Shown one piece after another: positions 21,074 to 30,087 of a DNA stretch of 64,000 nucleotides; the stretch's first letter is position 1, and every line of letters begins with the position of its first letter. The DNA is from Candidatus Dormiibacterota bacterium. GTDB lineage: Bacteria; Chloroflexota; Dormibacteria; Aeolococcales; Aeolococcaceae. Position numbers and translations under genes: made by a program. The stretch spans positions 16,456 to 80,455 of the forward strand of contig JBEPVD010000003.1 in the NCBI GenBank assembly GCA_041691155.1. Reading direction: 5' to 3'. The notes beneath the pieces are model-generated. The model saw nothing but the letters and a program-made list of their open reading frames with translations. It did no database searches and had not been told where the DNA came from.

Positions 21074-21951
21074 CCAACGCCACCATGTCGCTCGACGCGG
21101 CTGACGCGTATTGCCGCCAGCTGGTGCGTCATTACGAGAACTTCACGGTTGCCTCACGACTGTCGCCGCGGTCGCTTTCGCGCGACCTCACCCGGGTGTA
21201 TGCGTTCTGTCGCTACACCGACGATCTCGGTGACGAGAGCGGCGATCGCGCGGTCGCGACCCGGCGATTGCGGCGCTGGCGCGACGAGACGCGCGAGAGC
21301 TTCGAGTACGGGGAGCGAACGCATCCCGTCCTGCTCGCGCTCGCCGACACGGTCCGCAGCCATGCGATGGACACACAGCCGTTCATCGACCTCATCGACG
21401 CCAATCTGCAGGATCAGCGCATCGATGCCTACGAGGACTGGCCTGCGCTGCGCGGGTATTGCACGCGTTCAGCCGCCCCCGTCGGACGGATGGTGCTCCG
21501 GCTCTTCGGTATCGACGATCCGGCGGCGGTCGCGCTCAGTGACGACGTGTGCATCGGCTTGCAACTCGCCAACTTCGCGCAGGACGTCATGGCGGACGCC
21601 CGGCTCGGACGGACGTACCTCATGCACCGCGATATTCGCGACCACGGTATCGACGGCGCAACGCGCCTCATGTGCAACCGGGCGCACAATCTGCTCCGGT
21701 CCGGACGTGAGCTGGAGGCCATGGCGCCGGCGCGTCTCCGCATCCAGCTCGCGCTCTACCGTCTGGGCGGCGAGGCAATCCTCGACGCAGTGGCCGCGTG
21801 CGACTACAAGACCTCGACGCAGCGTCCGGTTGTGGATCGTGCCGCGCGGGTGAGGATCATGGCCGCGGCGCTCGGTGCCGGACGTCGCCCATCGGAGTCG
21901 CGGCCGCGCATGCCCCGGGTCACCACCAAGACCGGAGACGAGCGTGCTTGA
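21070..21951 (+). CDS. hpnC: Squalene/phytoene synthase family protein, HpnC-like (hydroxysqualene synthase)
   Basis: ATGA overlap with the fni stop. It has the YCRQLVRHYENF motif and trans-isoprenyl diphosphate synthase head-to-head family Asp-rich regions. Confidence 0.7.
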   Translation: MTNATMSLDAADAYCRQLVRHYENFTVASRLSPRSLSRDLTRVYAFCRYTDDLGDESGDRAVATRRLRRWRDETRESFEYGERTHPVLLALADTVRSHAMDTQPFIDLIDANLQDQRIDAYEDWPALRGYCTRSAAPVGRMVLRLFGIDDPAAVALSDDVCIGLQLANFAQDVMADARLGRTYLMHRDIRDHGIDGATRLMCNRAHNLLRSGRELEAMAPARLRIQLALYRLGGEAILDAVAACDYKTSTQRPVVDRAARVRIMAAALGAGRRPSESRPRMPRVTTKTGDERA

Positions 21952-22807
21952 GACGCCATCCGTTCCGGACGTGCGCGCGCTCGAACGCTATTGCGAGGAT
22001 ATGGCACGCCGCGAGGCGGCCAACTTCTACTGGGGGTTCATCGCGTTGCCCCGGCAGCAGCGAACGTCGATCTACGCGCTCTACGACTTCGCGCGTCAGG
22101 TCGATGACGATGCCGACCTCGACGGGCGCTCATCACGCGAGACGCGTCTCGACCTTCATCGCCGCCGCCTCCGCGACGTACGCCCGGGTGACAGCACCGA
22201 CCCGGTCATGGGTTTGCTCCAGATCGCCATACGGAGGCACGAGATTCCGCTCGCCGAGCTCGAGATGCTCATCGACGGGGTGGCGATGGATCTCACCACG
22301 ACGCGCTACCAGACCTGGGATGAGCTGCACGCGTACGCGAACCTTGTCGCCTCGGTGGTTGGACGCATGTGCGTGCGCATCTTTGGCTTTCGCGACGTCA
22401 GCGCCCTCGAGCGAGCCGATGAGCTCGGCGTTGCGCTGCAGCTCATCAATATCCTGCGCGACGTCCAGGAGGACGCCGCGCGCGGCCGCATCTACCTCCC
22501 CGTCGATGAGCTGGCCGAGTTCGGCATCACCGAGCGCGACATCCTCGAAGGTCGCGTCGCCGCGGGCTGGAAACCGTTCATGGCGATGCAGATCGCGCGG
22601 GCTCGGGAGTTGCACGCATCCGGCATCCGGGTGACCGAGTCGATCCCCAAGCAACCTGCGGTCTGCGTGCGCACCATGGCGGGGATCTATCTGGGCATCC
22701 TCGATCGCATCGAGGCGACGCCCGAGCTGCCGTTGCGCGGGCGTGCGCGGCTGTCGAAAGCCGCGAAGCTCGGTGTGATGGCGCGCTCGTGGCTGGCAGC
22801 GGTATGA
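21944..22807 (+). CDS. hpnD: Squalene/phytoene synthase family protein, HpnD-like (presqualene diphosphate synthase)
   Basis: In-frame GTG overlaps the hpnC stop. It has ...AANFYWGF...YDFARQVDD...RDVQEDAARGRIYLP. Confidence 0.7.
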   Translation: MLETPSVPDVRALERYCEDMARREAANFYWGFIALPRQQRTSIYALYDFARQVDDDADLDGRSSRETRLDLHRRRLRDVRPGDSTDPVMGLLQIAIRRHEIPLAELEMLIDGVAMDLTTTRYQTWDELHAYANLVASVVGRMCVRIFGFRDVSALERADELGVALQLINILRDVQEDAARGRIYLPVDELAEFGITERDILEGRVAAGWKPFMAMQIARARELHASGIRVTESIPKQPAVCVRTMAGIYLGILDRIEATPELPLRGRARLSKAAKLGVMARSWLAAV

Positions 22808-24135
22808 GGCGCCAGCCGCGCGTCGCCGTCGTGGGTGCGGGCCTCGCCGGCCTCACCGCCGGGCTCGCGCTCGCGAAGCGCGGCTGGCGTGTCGACCTGT
22901 ACGAGCGGTCCCGACTGCTCGGGGGAAAGGCGACGTCCTTCGCGGTGGATGGTCAGGAGGTGGACTGCGGCCAGCACGTCGTCCTCGCCTGCTGCAGCGC
23001 AACCCTCGCGCTCATCGATGAGCTGGGACTCACCGACTCGCTGCATATCCAGCCTCGCTTCGAAGTCACGGTGCTTTCTCGCACACATCGACCGACGCAC
23101 CTTCGCGCCTCTGCACTGCCTTCGCCGTTGCACCTCATGACCGGGTTCGCGCGCTATCCCCACCTGAGCGCGCTCGATCGCATCCAAGTGGGGCGTGCGC
23201 TGGTTGCGGCGCGCACCGACACCAAGCCACAGGGAAACATGGCCGCATGGCTCCGTCGCCACCATCAAAGCGCTCGCGCGCTGCGTGCCTTCTGGGACCC
23301 GTTCCTCGTGCCGGCGCTCAACGCGCCGCTCGATCGCGTTTCGGCGGAGATGGGGCTGTTCGTCATCCGCACCGCCTTCCTCGGCGATCGCGACGCGGCG
23401 CGCATCGCCTACCTCACCGTGCCGCTCGCGCGCCTTGCCGAGGCCGCCGCTGAGCGGCTCGACGGCGTGCATCTGCGCCAGGCGGTTGTCGGTCTGCACC
23501 GTGAAGACGGCCGCGTGACCGGCGTGAAGTTGAGCGGCGGCACCGGCGCGGCCTGCGACGCCTGCGTCATCGCGGTACCGCCGGAGCGGCTCGGCGCCAT
23601 TCTCGGCGACGACTCCGGCTACGGTGTGAGCGGCCTCGACAGCTTCGAAGCGATGCCGATCGTCGATGTCCACCTCTGGTATGACCGGCCGGTTCTCGGA
23701 TGCGATTTCGCAGCTCTTCTCGACTCGCCCGTGCAGTGGGTGTTCGAGAAGTCGCCCGGCTACGTGTGCTGCAGCCTCAGTGCCGCCGACCGGCTGGTGC
23801 AGCGGCCCGAGAGCGAGCTGGTCGAGCTCGGACGCCGCGAGCTGGCGGCCGTCCTCCCTGAGGCGGCGCGTGCACGTCTGCTCCGTGGTGCCGCAACGCG
23901 CGACCCCGATGCGACATTCATTCCTGCGCCGGGCATTCGCCGTCCCGGCACGGCCACCGCGCTTTCGAATCTCGTGATCGCCGGCGCCTGGACCGACACC
24001 GGCTGGCCCGCCACCATCGAGTCGGCGGTGCGCAGCGGGCGCGCCGCGGCCAACACCCTGTTCCGCAACGCCGCCGGCTGGCGCGAGGACGCGGAAAGCG
24101 CTACAGCAGCACCGGAGGCCGCCCATGCCGTCTGA
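22804..24135 (+). CDS. hpnE: FAD-dependent amine-oxidase-family hydroxysqualene dehydroxylase HpnE
   Basis: ATGA overlap with hpnD. It has the dinucleotide-binding motif VAVVGAGLAGLTAG and lies between the hpnD and shc genes. Confidence 0.75.
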   Translation: MRRQPRVAVVGAGLAGLTAGLALAKRGWRVDLYERSRLLGGKATSFAVDGQEVDCGQHVVLACCSATLALIDELGLTDSLHIQPRFEVTVLSRTHRPTHLRASALPSPLHLMTGFARYPHLSALDRIQVGRALVAARTDTKPQGNMAAWLRRHHQSARALRAFWDPFLVPALNAPLDRVSAEMGLFVIRTAFLGDRDAARIAYLTVPLARLAEAAAERLDGVHLRQAVVGLHREDGRVTGVKLSGGTGAACDACVIAVPPERLGAILGDDSGYGVSGLDSFEAMPIVDVHLWYDRPVLGCDFAALLDSPVQWVFEKSPGYVCCSLSAADRLVQRPESELVELGRRELAAVLPEAARARLLRGAATRDPDATFIPAPGIRRPGTATALSNLVIAGAWTDTGWPATIESAVRSGRAAANTLFRNAAGWREDAESATAAPEAAHAV

Positions 24136-25999
24136 GGCGCTGCAGTCGGCAGTCGACTGGCTGATCGATCACCAGGACGAAGCCGGGTGGTGGAGCGGCG
24201 AGCTCGAGACCAACGTCACCATGACCGCCGAGCACGTGCTCCTGTTGCGCTTTCTCGGCGTTTCGCACGACGACATTCGCGAGGGCGCGATCCGCCACAT
24301 CCTCGGCGCGCAGCGCGAGGACGGCACCTGGGCGCTGTATCACGACGGCCCCGGCGACCTGTCGACCACCATCGAGGCGTACGTCGCGTTGCGGGTGCTC
24401 GGTATCGACGCCACGCACCCCGAAATGCGCCGCGCGTTGCGCAGCATTCTCGAGCAGGGCGGGCTCGCCGAGGCGCGCGTGTTCACGAAGATCTGGCTCG
24501 CGCTCTTTGGCGTCCACCCCTGGGATGGCGTGCCTTCGATGCCACCCGAGTTGGTGCGTCTGCCGTCCTGGGCGCCGCTCAACCTTTACGACTTCGCATG
24601 CTGGGCGCGCGGCACGATCGCGCCGCTGCTCATCGTCATCACGCACCGGCCGGTCCGCGATCTCGGCGTCTCGGTGGCCGAGGTCATCGTTCCCGGGAGC
24701 GAACGACGCATGCATCGCGTCGCCGGTTCCGGGCCGTTCCTCTGGCTCGACCACGCCTTGAAGCTCTACGAGCGGCTGCCGGTGCAACCTGGCCGCGCGT
24801 CGTCGCGCGGCAAGCTCGTCGAGTGGATCACGGAACGGCAGGAGGCTGACGGCGGTTGGGGCGGCATCCAGCCTCCGTGGGTGTATTCACTGATCGCGCT
24901 CAACCTCGAGGGCATGCCGGTCGACCATCCGGTGATGCGCCGTGGCCTCGACGGCTTCAAGCGATTCTCGATCGCCGATGAGCATGGATGGCGGCTGCAA
25001 GCGTGTATGTCGCCGGTCTGGGACACGGCCTGGGCATTGCTCGCGTTGCGCAAGGCAGGCATCTCGCGCGAACACGTCGCGGTACGCGGCGCAGTCGACT
25101 GGTTGCTGGCCGAGCAGATCCAGCGCAGTGGCGACTGGCAAGTCAAGGTGCCGTTCGATGGCTGCGGCGGCTGGGCGTTCGAATTCGATAACGACATCTA
25201 TCCCGATGTGGACGACACCGCAGTGGTCGTGCTCGCATTGCTGGAATCCGGCGACCCGGTGAAAGTTGCGAAGCCGGTTGCGGACGCGGTTGCCTGGTGC
25301 CGTGCCATGCGCTCGCGCAATGGAGCCTGGGCTGCTTTCGACAAGGACAACACGCGCTCGCTGGTGTACCGGCTCCCGTTCGCCGATTTCGGGGCCATGC
25401 TCGATCCTCCGTCTGAGGACGTCACTGCGCACGTCGTCGAGATGCTCGCTGCGGTCGGGTGTGGCACCGAAGACATCGACATACCGCCGGCGCTGACGTA
25501 TCTCCGCAACACGCAGCGCTCGTGGGGATCCTGGTACGGCCGCTGGGGCGTGAACCACATTTACGGCACGTGGTGCGTGGTGAGCGCGCTGGTCGCGTTG
25601 CACACCGGCGACGACATGGTGCGCAGCGCCGCGGCGTGGATGCGGCACGTGCAGAATCCCGACGGCGGCTGGGGCGAAACCTGCCACTCCTACGTCGACG
25701 AGTCGTTTGCGGGTGTTGGCACGAGCACCCCGTCGCAGACGGCGTGGGCGATGCTCACGCTGCAACTTGCGGGACTTGGTGACGACTCTGCCTGCACCCG
25801 GGGTCGTGCGTTCCTGCTGGACCGTCAATGCGACGGAACCTGGGACGAGCCCGAGCACACCGGGACGGGCTTTCCCGGCGACTTCTACATCAATTACCAC
25901 CTTTACCGTCACGTCTTCCCGACGCTTGCGCTCGCCGGTGGCGAGCCGATCGCGGCGCGAACGCCAACGACCGAGCGCGTGCTCGTCGCCCACACATAG
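24125..25999 (+). CDS. shc: Squalene-hopene cyclase
   Basis: DVDDTA catalytic motif (YPDVDDTAVVVLAL) and multiple QW repeats (GGWGG...W). Confidence 0.9.
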   Translation: MPSEALQSAVDWLIDHQDEAGWWSGELETNVTMTAEHVLLLRFLGVSHDDIREGAIRHILGAQREDGTWALYHDGPGDLSTTIEAYVALRVLGIDATHPEMRRALRSILEQGGLAEARVFTKIWLALFGVHPWDGVPSMPPELVRLPSWAPLNLYDFACWARGTIAPLLIVITHRPVRDLGVSVAEVIVPGSERRMHRVAGSGPFLWLDHALKLYERLPVQPGRASSRGKLVEWITERQEADGGWGGIQPPWVYSLIALNLEGMPVDHPVMRRGLDGFKRFSIADEHGWRLQACMSPVWDTAWALLALRKAGISREHVAVRGAVDWLLAEQIQRSGDWQVKVPFDGCGGWAFEFDNDIYPDVDDTAVVVLALLESGDPVKVAKPVADAVAWCRAMRSRNGAWAAFDKDNTRSLVYRLPFADFGAMLDPPSEDVTAHVVEMLAAVGCGTEDIDIPPALTYLRNTQRSWGSWYGRWGVNHIYGTWCVVSALVALHTGDDMVRSAAAWMRHVQNPDGGWGETCHSYVDESFAGVGTSTPSQTAWAMLTLQLAGLGDDSACTRGRAFLLDRQCDGTWDEPEHTGTGFPGDFYINYHLYRHVFPTLALAGGEPIAARTPTTERVLVAHT

Positions 26000-26026
26000 C
26001 TCGAAGCGAGAGAAGGAGAACTCATC

Positions 26027-27064
26027 ATGGCGGTGCCACTGCGACAGGCGATGCGCGTGGGAACCTACGTTGCGAAACAGCGGATCCGTCGCAACGAGAA
26101 ATTCGCTCTCGTGCTGCAGCTCGAACCGCTGTATCAGTGCAACCTCGCCTGCGCCGGGTGCGGCAAGATCCAGCACGAAGACCCGATCCTGCAGCGACGG
26201 CTCACCGTGCAGCAATGCATCGACGCCGTCGAGGAGTGCGAGGCGCCGATGGTGTCGATCGCCGGTGGCGAGCCCCTGGTGCACAAGGAGATTGACCAGA
26301 TCGTCGCAGCGCTGGTTGCACGCAAGCGCTACGTCTATCTCTGCACCAACGCGCTGCTGCTCGAGAAGAAGCTGCACCTGTTCACGCCGTCGCCGTACTT
26401 CTGCTTCTCCATCCACATCGACGGCCTGCGCGAGCGTCATGACGAGTCCGTCTGCCGCACCGGTGTCTTCGACAAGGCAATCGCGGCCATCGCCGCCGCG
26501 AAAGCGCGTGGGTTCCGCGTCACCACCAACACCACGTTCTTCGACCAGGACGACGCCAAGTCGATTCGCGGCGTGCTCGACTTCCTCAACGACGAAGTCC
26601 AGGTGGACAGCATGCAGATCTCGCCCGGATACGCCTACGAGAAGGCGCCGGACCAGGACCACTGGCTCAACGTCGAGCGGACCCATGCCATCTTCCGCGA
26701 GGCGTTCGCGGGCGGTCGGCGCAAGAAGTGGCGGCTCAACCACTCCCCGCTGTTCCTGGATTTCCTCGAGGGCAAGGTCGACTTCAGCTGCACCGCCTGG
26801 GGCATTCCGAGCTACTCGGTCCTGGGCTGGCAGCGTCCGTGCTACCTCATGTCCGACGGCTACGCGACGTCCTACCGTGAGTTGCTCGACACCACCGCCT
26901 GGGAGAAGTACGGTCGCGGCCGCGACGAGCGGTGCGGGAACTGCATGGCGCACTGCGGGTACGAGCCGACGGCGGTGGTCGCCACCTCGGCCTCATTGCG
27001 CGAGTCGCTGCGTGCGGCGAGCGACAGTTTCCGGCTACGCGGAAGCAAGCCGCACCTCAACTGA
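26027..27064 (+). CDS. hpnH: Hopanoid-associated radical SAM protein HpnH (adenosylhopane synthase)
   Basis: CNLACAGC radical-SAM cluster motif. GAAGGAG RBS. It lies directly after shc. Confidence 0.85.
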   Translation: MAVPLRQAMRVGTYVAKQRIRRNEKFALVLQLEPLYQCNLACAGCGKIQHEDPILQRRLTVQQCIDAVEECEAPMVSIAGGEPLVHKEIDQIVAALVARKRYVYLCTNALLLEKKLHLFTPSPYFCFSIHIDGLRERHDESVCRTGVFDKAIAAIAAAKARGFRVTTNTTFFDQDDAKSIRGVLDFLNDEVQVDSMQISPGYAYEKAPDQDHWLNVERTHAIFREAFAGGRRKKWRLNHSPLFLDFLEGKVDFSCTAWGIPSYSVLGWQRPCYLMSDGYATSYRELLDTTAWEKYGRGRDERCGNCMAHCGYEPTAVVATSASLRESLRAASDSFRLRGSKPHLN

Positions 27065-27065
27065 C

Positions 27066-28061
27066 GTGCTCCCGGCGCAAGCGGCGCCCGACGGCGGTGA
27101 CGTCTTCCTGACGGGTGCTACCGGCTTTGTCGGGTCGCACGTGCTCGCCGCGCTGCTGGATCGTGGCTATCGGGTGCGCGCGCTCGTACGCGACCCCGCG
27201 GACTGCCCCGCGGGCGCTATCGCCGTGACGGGCGATCTTCGTGGCTCCGCAGCGCTCATCCCCGCGATGCGGGGCTGCCGCTCTGTCATCCACACCGCCG
27301 CGCTCTACTCGTTCTCGCCGCGCGACAGCGAGACCATCGCGGCGGTGAACATCCGCGGTACTGCCGGGCTACTCGAGGCAGCCCGAATCGCCGGCATCGA
27401 GCGCTGTGTGGCGACCTCGAGCTCGGCCGCGCTCGCGCGGTCGGCTGGATCGCGCCCCGCCACCGAGCGAGACTGGGCGACGGTGGATCACAGCGGCAGC
27501 ACGTATCACGCGTCCAAGCTGCTCAGTGAACGCGCTGCGCTGAGCGCGCGCATCCCGGCGATCACGGTGCTCCCCACGGCTCCGGTCGGTCCTGGCGATC
27601 ACCGGCCCACACCGACCGGGAAGATCATCGTTGACCTGCTGCGCGGACGCATCCCGGCGACGCTTGGCGGTGGCCTGAACGTCGTGGCGGTCGAGGATGT
27701 GGCACTCGCTCACGTACTCGCACTCGAGCACGGAGCGTCGCACGAGCGCTACATCGCCGGCGGCGTGAACCTGTCCCTCGCCGAGTTCTGGCGTCTGATT
27801 GAGCGCGCCGCCGGCCGGCCGGCACGCGCGTTTCCGATGCCCTACGCGATTGCCGCCGCCGCGGCGCGCTTTGATGCGCTGCGAACGCGCATCACCGGCG
27901 CAGCGCCGGTGATCCCGCTTGAGGGAGTCCGCATGGGGCGGCTCGAGATGTACTCGTCAAGCGTGAAAGCCGTCGACGACCTCGGGTATCGCGCGTCGAG
28001 CGTCGGGGATGCGATCGAGCGCGCCGTTCGCTGGTATCGCGAGCACGGCTATGCCGCCTGA
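27066..28061 (+). CDS. hpnA: Hopanoid-associated NAD-dependent epimerase/dehydratase HpnA
   Basis: GTG 27066. It has the Rossmann motif FLTGATGFVGSHV and a YxxxK catalytic motif (YHASK). The 5' 1.3 kb of ORF 25707..28061 is an out-of-frame shadow of shc/hpnH. Confidence 0.7.
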   Translation: MLPAQAAPDGGDVFLTGATGFVGSHVLAALLDRGYRVRALVRDPADCPAGAIAVTGDLRGSAALIPAMRGCRSVIHTAALYSFSPRDSETIAAVNIRGTAGLLEAARIAGIERCVATSSSAALARSAGSRPATERDWATVDHSGSTYHASKLLSERAALSARIPAITVLPTAPVGPGDHRPTPTGKIIVDLLRGRIPATLGGGLNVVAVEDVALAHVLALEHGASHERYIAGGVNLSLAEFWRLIERAAGRPARAFPMPYAIAAAAARFDALRTRITGAAPVIPLEGVRMGRLEMYSSSVKAVDDLGYRASSVGDAIERAVRWYREHGYAA

Positions 28062-28668
28062 TCGCCGCGTCCTCGCCGTCTGCGCGATGGGTGTGGAGGC
28101 GTGGGGGGTCCGCCGCCGCGCCCGCGACGTCCGAGTGATCCAGGTGGGGATCGGCGGGAGCGCTCAGCCCGGTGACGCGCCGATCGTCATCAGCGCGGGC
28201 CTGTGCGGCGGGCTGCTGCAGGACCATGAACCAGGCACCGTGGTCATCGCCACGAGGGTGGTGGATGAGGCGGGTGCGACCCATGTCTGCGACCCTGCGG
28301 TCGCGGCCGCTCTTGAGCGCGCCGCCGTCTACCTGCGGCTTCGGGTAGCGAAAGGGTCGATCATCACGACCACGCATGTCGTGACCGGTCCTGCACGCGC
28401 GGTATGGGCCGACCGCGGACACATCGCCGTCGACATGGAGTCGGCCTCGCTGGCTGCGACAGCACCGCGCTTCGGCGCGCTTCGCGTCATCCTCGACACG
28501 CCGCGGCACGAACTGTCGTCCGCGTGGGAAAACCCTGCGCACGCCGTCCGCGATCCGTCGAACTGGAGCGAAGCGGTGTGGCTCGGTGTCAACGCACCGC
28601 GCTACGCGCTTCGTGTCGGCGCGGTGTTAGAGGCGGCCTTCCTCGGCGATATCGACCCCGAGGTATAG
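28051..28668 (+). CDS. hpnG: Hopanoid-associated phosphorylase HpnG (PNP/MTA-nucleosidase family)
   Basis: The start is taken at MPPDRRVLAVCAMGVEA, overlapping the hpnA stop. It has a nucleosidase fold ...VDMESASLA. Confidence 0.7.
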   Translation: MPPDRRVLAVCAMGVEAWGVRRRARDVRVIQVGIGGSAQPGDAPIVISAGLCGGLLQDHEPGTVVIATRVVDEAGATHVCDPAVAAALERAAVYLRLRVAKGSIITTTHVVTGPARAVWADRGHIAVDMESASLAATAPRFGALRVILDTPRHELSSAWENPAHAVRDPSNWSEAVWLGVNAPRYALRVGAVLEAAFLGDIDPEV

Positions 28669-29175
28669 CTGCACGGCGCCGCGAAGCATCTGGGTGACGC
28701 CCGGGACATCAAAGTCCTGCGCCATCTCGTGCAGTGCGGCGCGTTGCGCATGCAGTGCCGCTTCCACGACACGACACCCTGCCTCGGTGAGACCGACACG
28801 AACCATGCGGCGATCGGGGGCAGCGCGAAGCGTCCGCACCAGTCCGCGCGCCTTCAACTCGTGGACCATGAGCGAGACGCGGGCTTCCGGGGCCTGGATG
28901 AGCTCCGCGAGGTCCCCCTGCACGCATCCCTCGGTGCCGGCGGCCCCGGCCTCGAGCAGGAGGTGGTACTGCAGGGGGCTCAAATCGTGCTGCCCGAGGG
29001 ATCGATTGATCTGAATCATCGCCTGACGAAAGCCACGCCGGAAGACGGCGGCGAGCCGCAGGTCATGGATCGTGGCGTCCTGAAAAAAGCCGCTGCCGAG
29101 AGTCGTGGGCTCCGCCTTTGCCGCTATCGTCACGCCTTCGACTTTACTCGCTGCGACAGGGTCGGCCGGAGGCAC
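28627..29175 (-). CDS. MarR-family transcriptional regulator
   Basis: Winged HTH ...LSPLQYHLLLEAG...QGDLAELIQAPEARVSLMVHELKARGLVRT...DRRMVRVGLTEAG. Confidence 0.75.
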   Translation of the reverse strand: MPPADPVAASKVEGVTIAAKAEPTTLGSGFFQDATIHDLRLAAVFRRGFRQAMIQINRSLGQHDLSPLQYHLLLEAGAAGTEGCVQGDLAELIQAPEARVSLMVHELKARGLVRTLRAAPDRRMVRVGLTEAGCRVVEAALHAQRAALHEMAQDFDVPGVTQMLRGAVQLYLGVDIAEEGRL

Positions 29176-29395
29176 CCAAAGCGGCGCTCAGAAAATGTTT
29201 GTTCACGCGCGGTAAAAAACGGTGAAGCTCCGACAATCCCGGGCGATTCGGTTGAAGCGTTGCCGTCAGGATGCGCAACCCAGGGGCCACAACTGAGGGG
29301 GTTACCAGCCAGGGGGATGGTGTCTGCAGGGGGGCGGTTCCACCGGATGGGAGCGCAGCCCGCGCGAAGCGGGCTACGTCTCTCCCGCCGCTTTG

Positions 29396-30001
29396 TCAGA
29401 TGGCGTGCCCCAGCGCGCGCAACGCTCGGACATATTTCGGCGTGCTGTCCGGCTCGCCAACGCCGGCCGCGCGAAGCCGTGTCATGACCGCTTCGATGAG
29501 CGCGTCGTCAGCATCGAACAGCTCCACCTCGACCTCACCGAAGGTTTCGATGGTTCGGCCGTCCGAGAGCACCGCAACGCGATCGTCGGCGACTTCGGCG
29601 CGACGCGTCTCCCCTCGCATCAGATCAACGGTGTGCCGATCGGTGACGAGGTGCGCGACCGGGTGCAGCACGACATCGCCGACATCCGGGCGGAGCATGT
29701 CCAGTGCGACCTCGGGTGGCCGCTCCGGCAAGCCCTCGAAATCGGTTTCCTCGCGTGAGACCGCGTGGCCGACCATGCGCGCACCGGCTTTCAGCGTCCA
29801 CCGCCCCGCTTCGCCTGGCGCGCTGCGATGGCGCAATCCCAGCTTGGCGTGCAGCAGCGAGAGTTCGTCGGTGTCCCAGTAGGTGGCCGACAGCTGGACG
29901 ACGCCGCGGTCCACGGCGCTGGTGCCCTCGACGACCTGATCGAGGTTGGGAAGGACGAAGTCCATCCCCACCGGAATCTTGATCTCGCGTTCTTCGGGCA
30001 T
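29396..30001 (-). CDS. CYTH-domain protein (triphosphate tunnel metalloenzyme family)
   Basis: N-terminal EREIKIPV, like the EIERKF motif of CYTH/class IV adenylyl cyclase domains. Confidence 0.6.
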   Translation of the reverse strand: MPEEREIKIPVGMDFVLPNLDQVVEGTSAVDRGVVQLSATYWDTDELSLLHAKLGLRHRSAPGEAGRWTLKAGARMVGHAVSREETDFEGLPERPPEVALDMLRPDVGDVVLHPVAHLVTDRHTVDLMRGETRRAEVADDRVAVLSDGRTIETFGEVEVELFDADDALIEAVMTRLRAAGVGEPDSTPKYVRALRALGHAI

Positions 30002-30087
30002 GGCGACGACTCTAGTAGGCCCGTTGGCCAGGGTGGGGACCCATTCCGGCGCTCCTTTGGTGACACTTGCTTGTGTATACTACATAA

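Noticed and set aside
18928-21132. 734-aa minus-strand ORF spanning the polyprenyl synthase and fni genes
   Set aside because: It is an antisense shadow ORF typical of 70% GC DNA, with low-complexity Ala/Arg/Ser-rich translation. The plus-strand genes carry clear family motifs.
24887-26953. 688-aa minus-strand ORF antisense to shc/hpnH
   Set aside because: Same reasoning. The translation is Arg/Ala/Val-rich with no motifs, and shc and hpnH on the plus strand are unambiguous.
25707-27065. 5' 1.3 kb of ORF 25707..28061
   Set aside because: Ser/Thr/Arg-rich nonsense that overlaps shc and hpnH in another frame. Only the 3' part from GTG 27066 (HpnA) is real.
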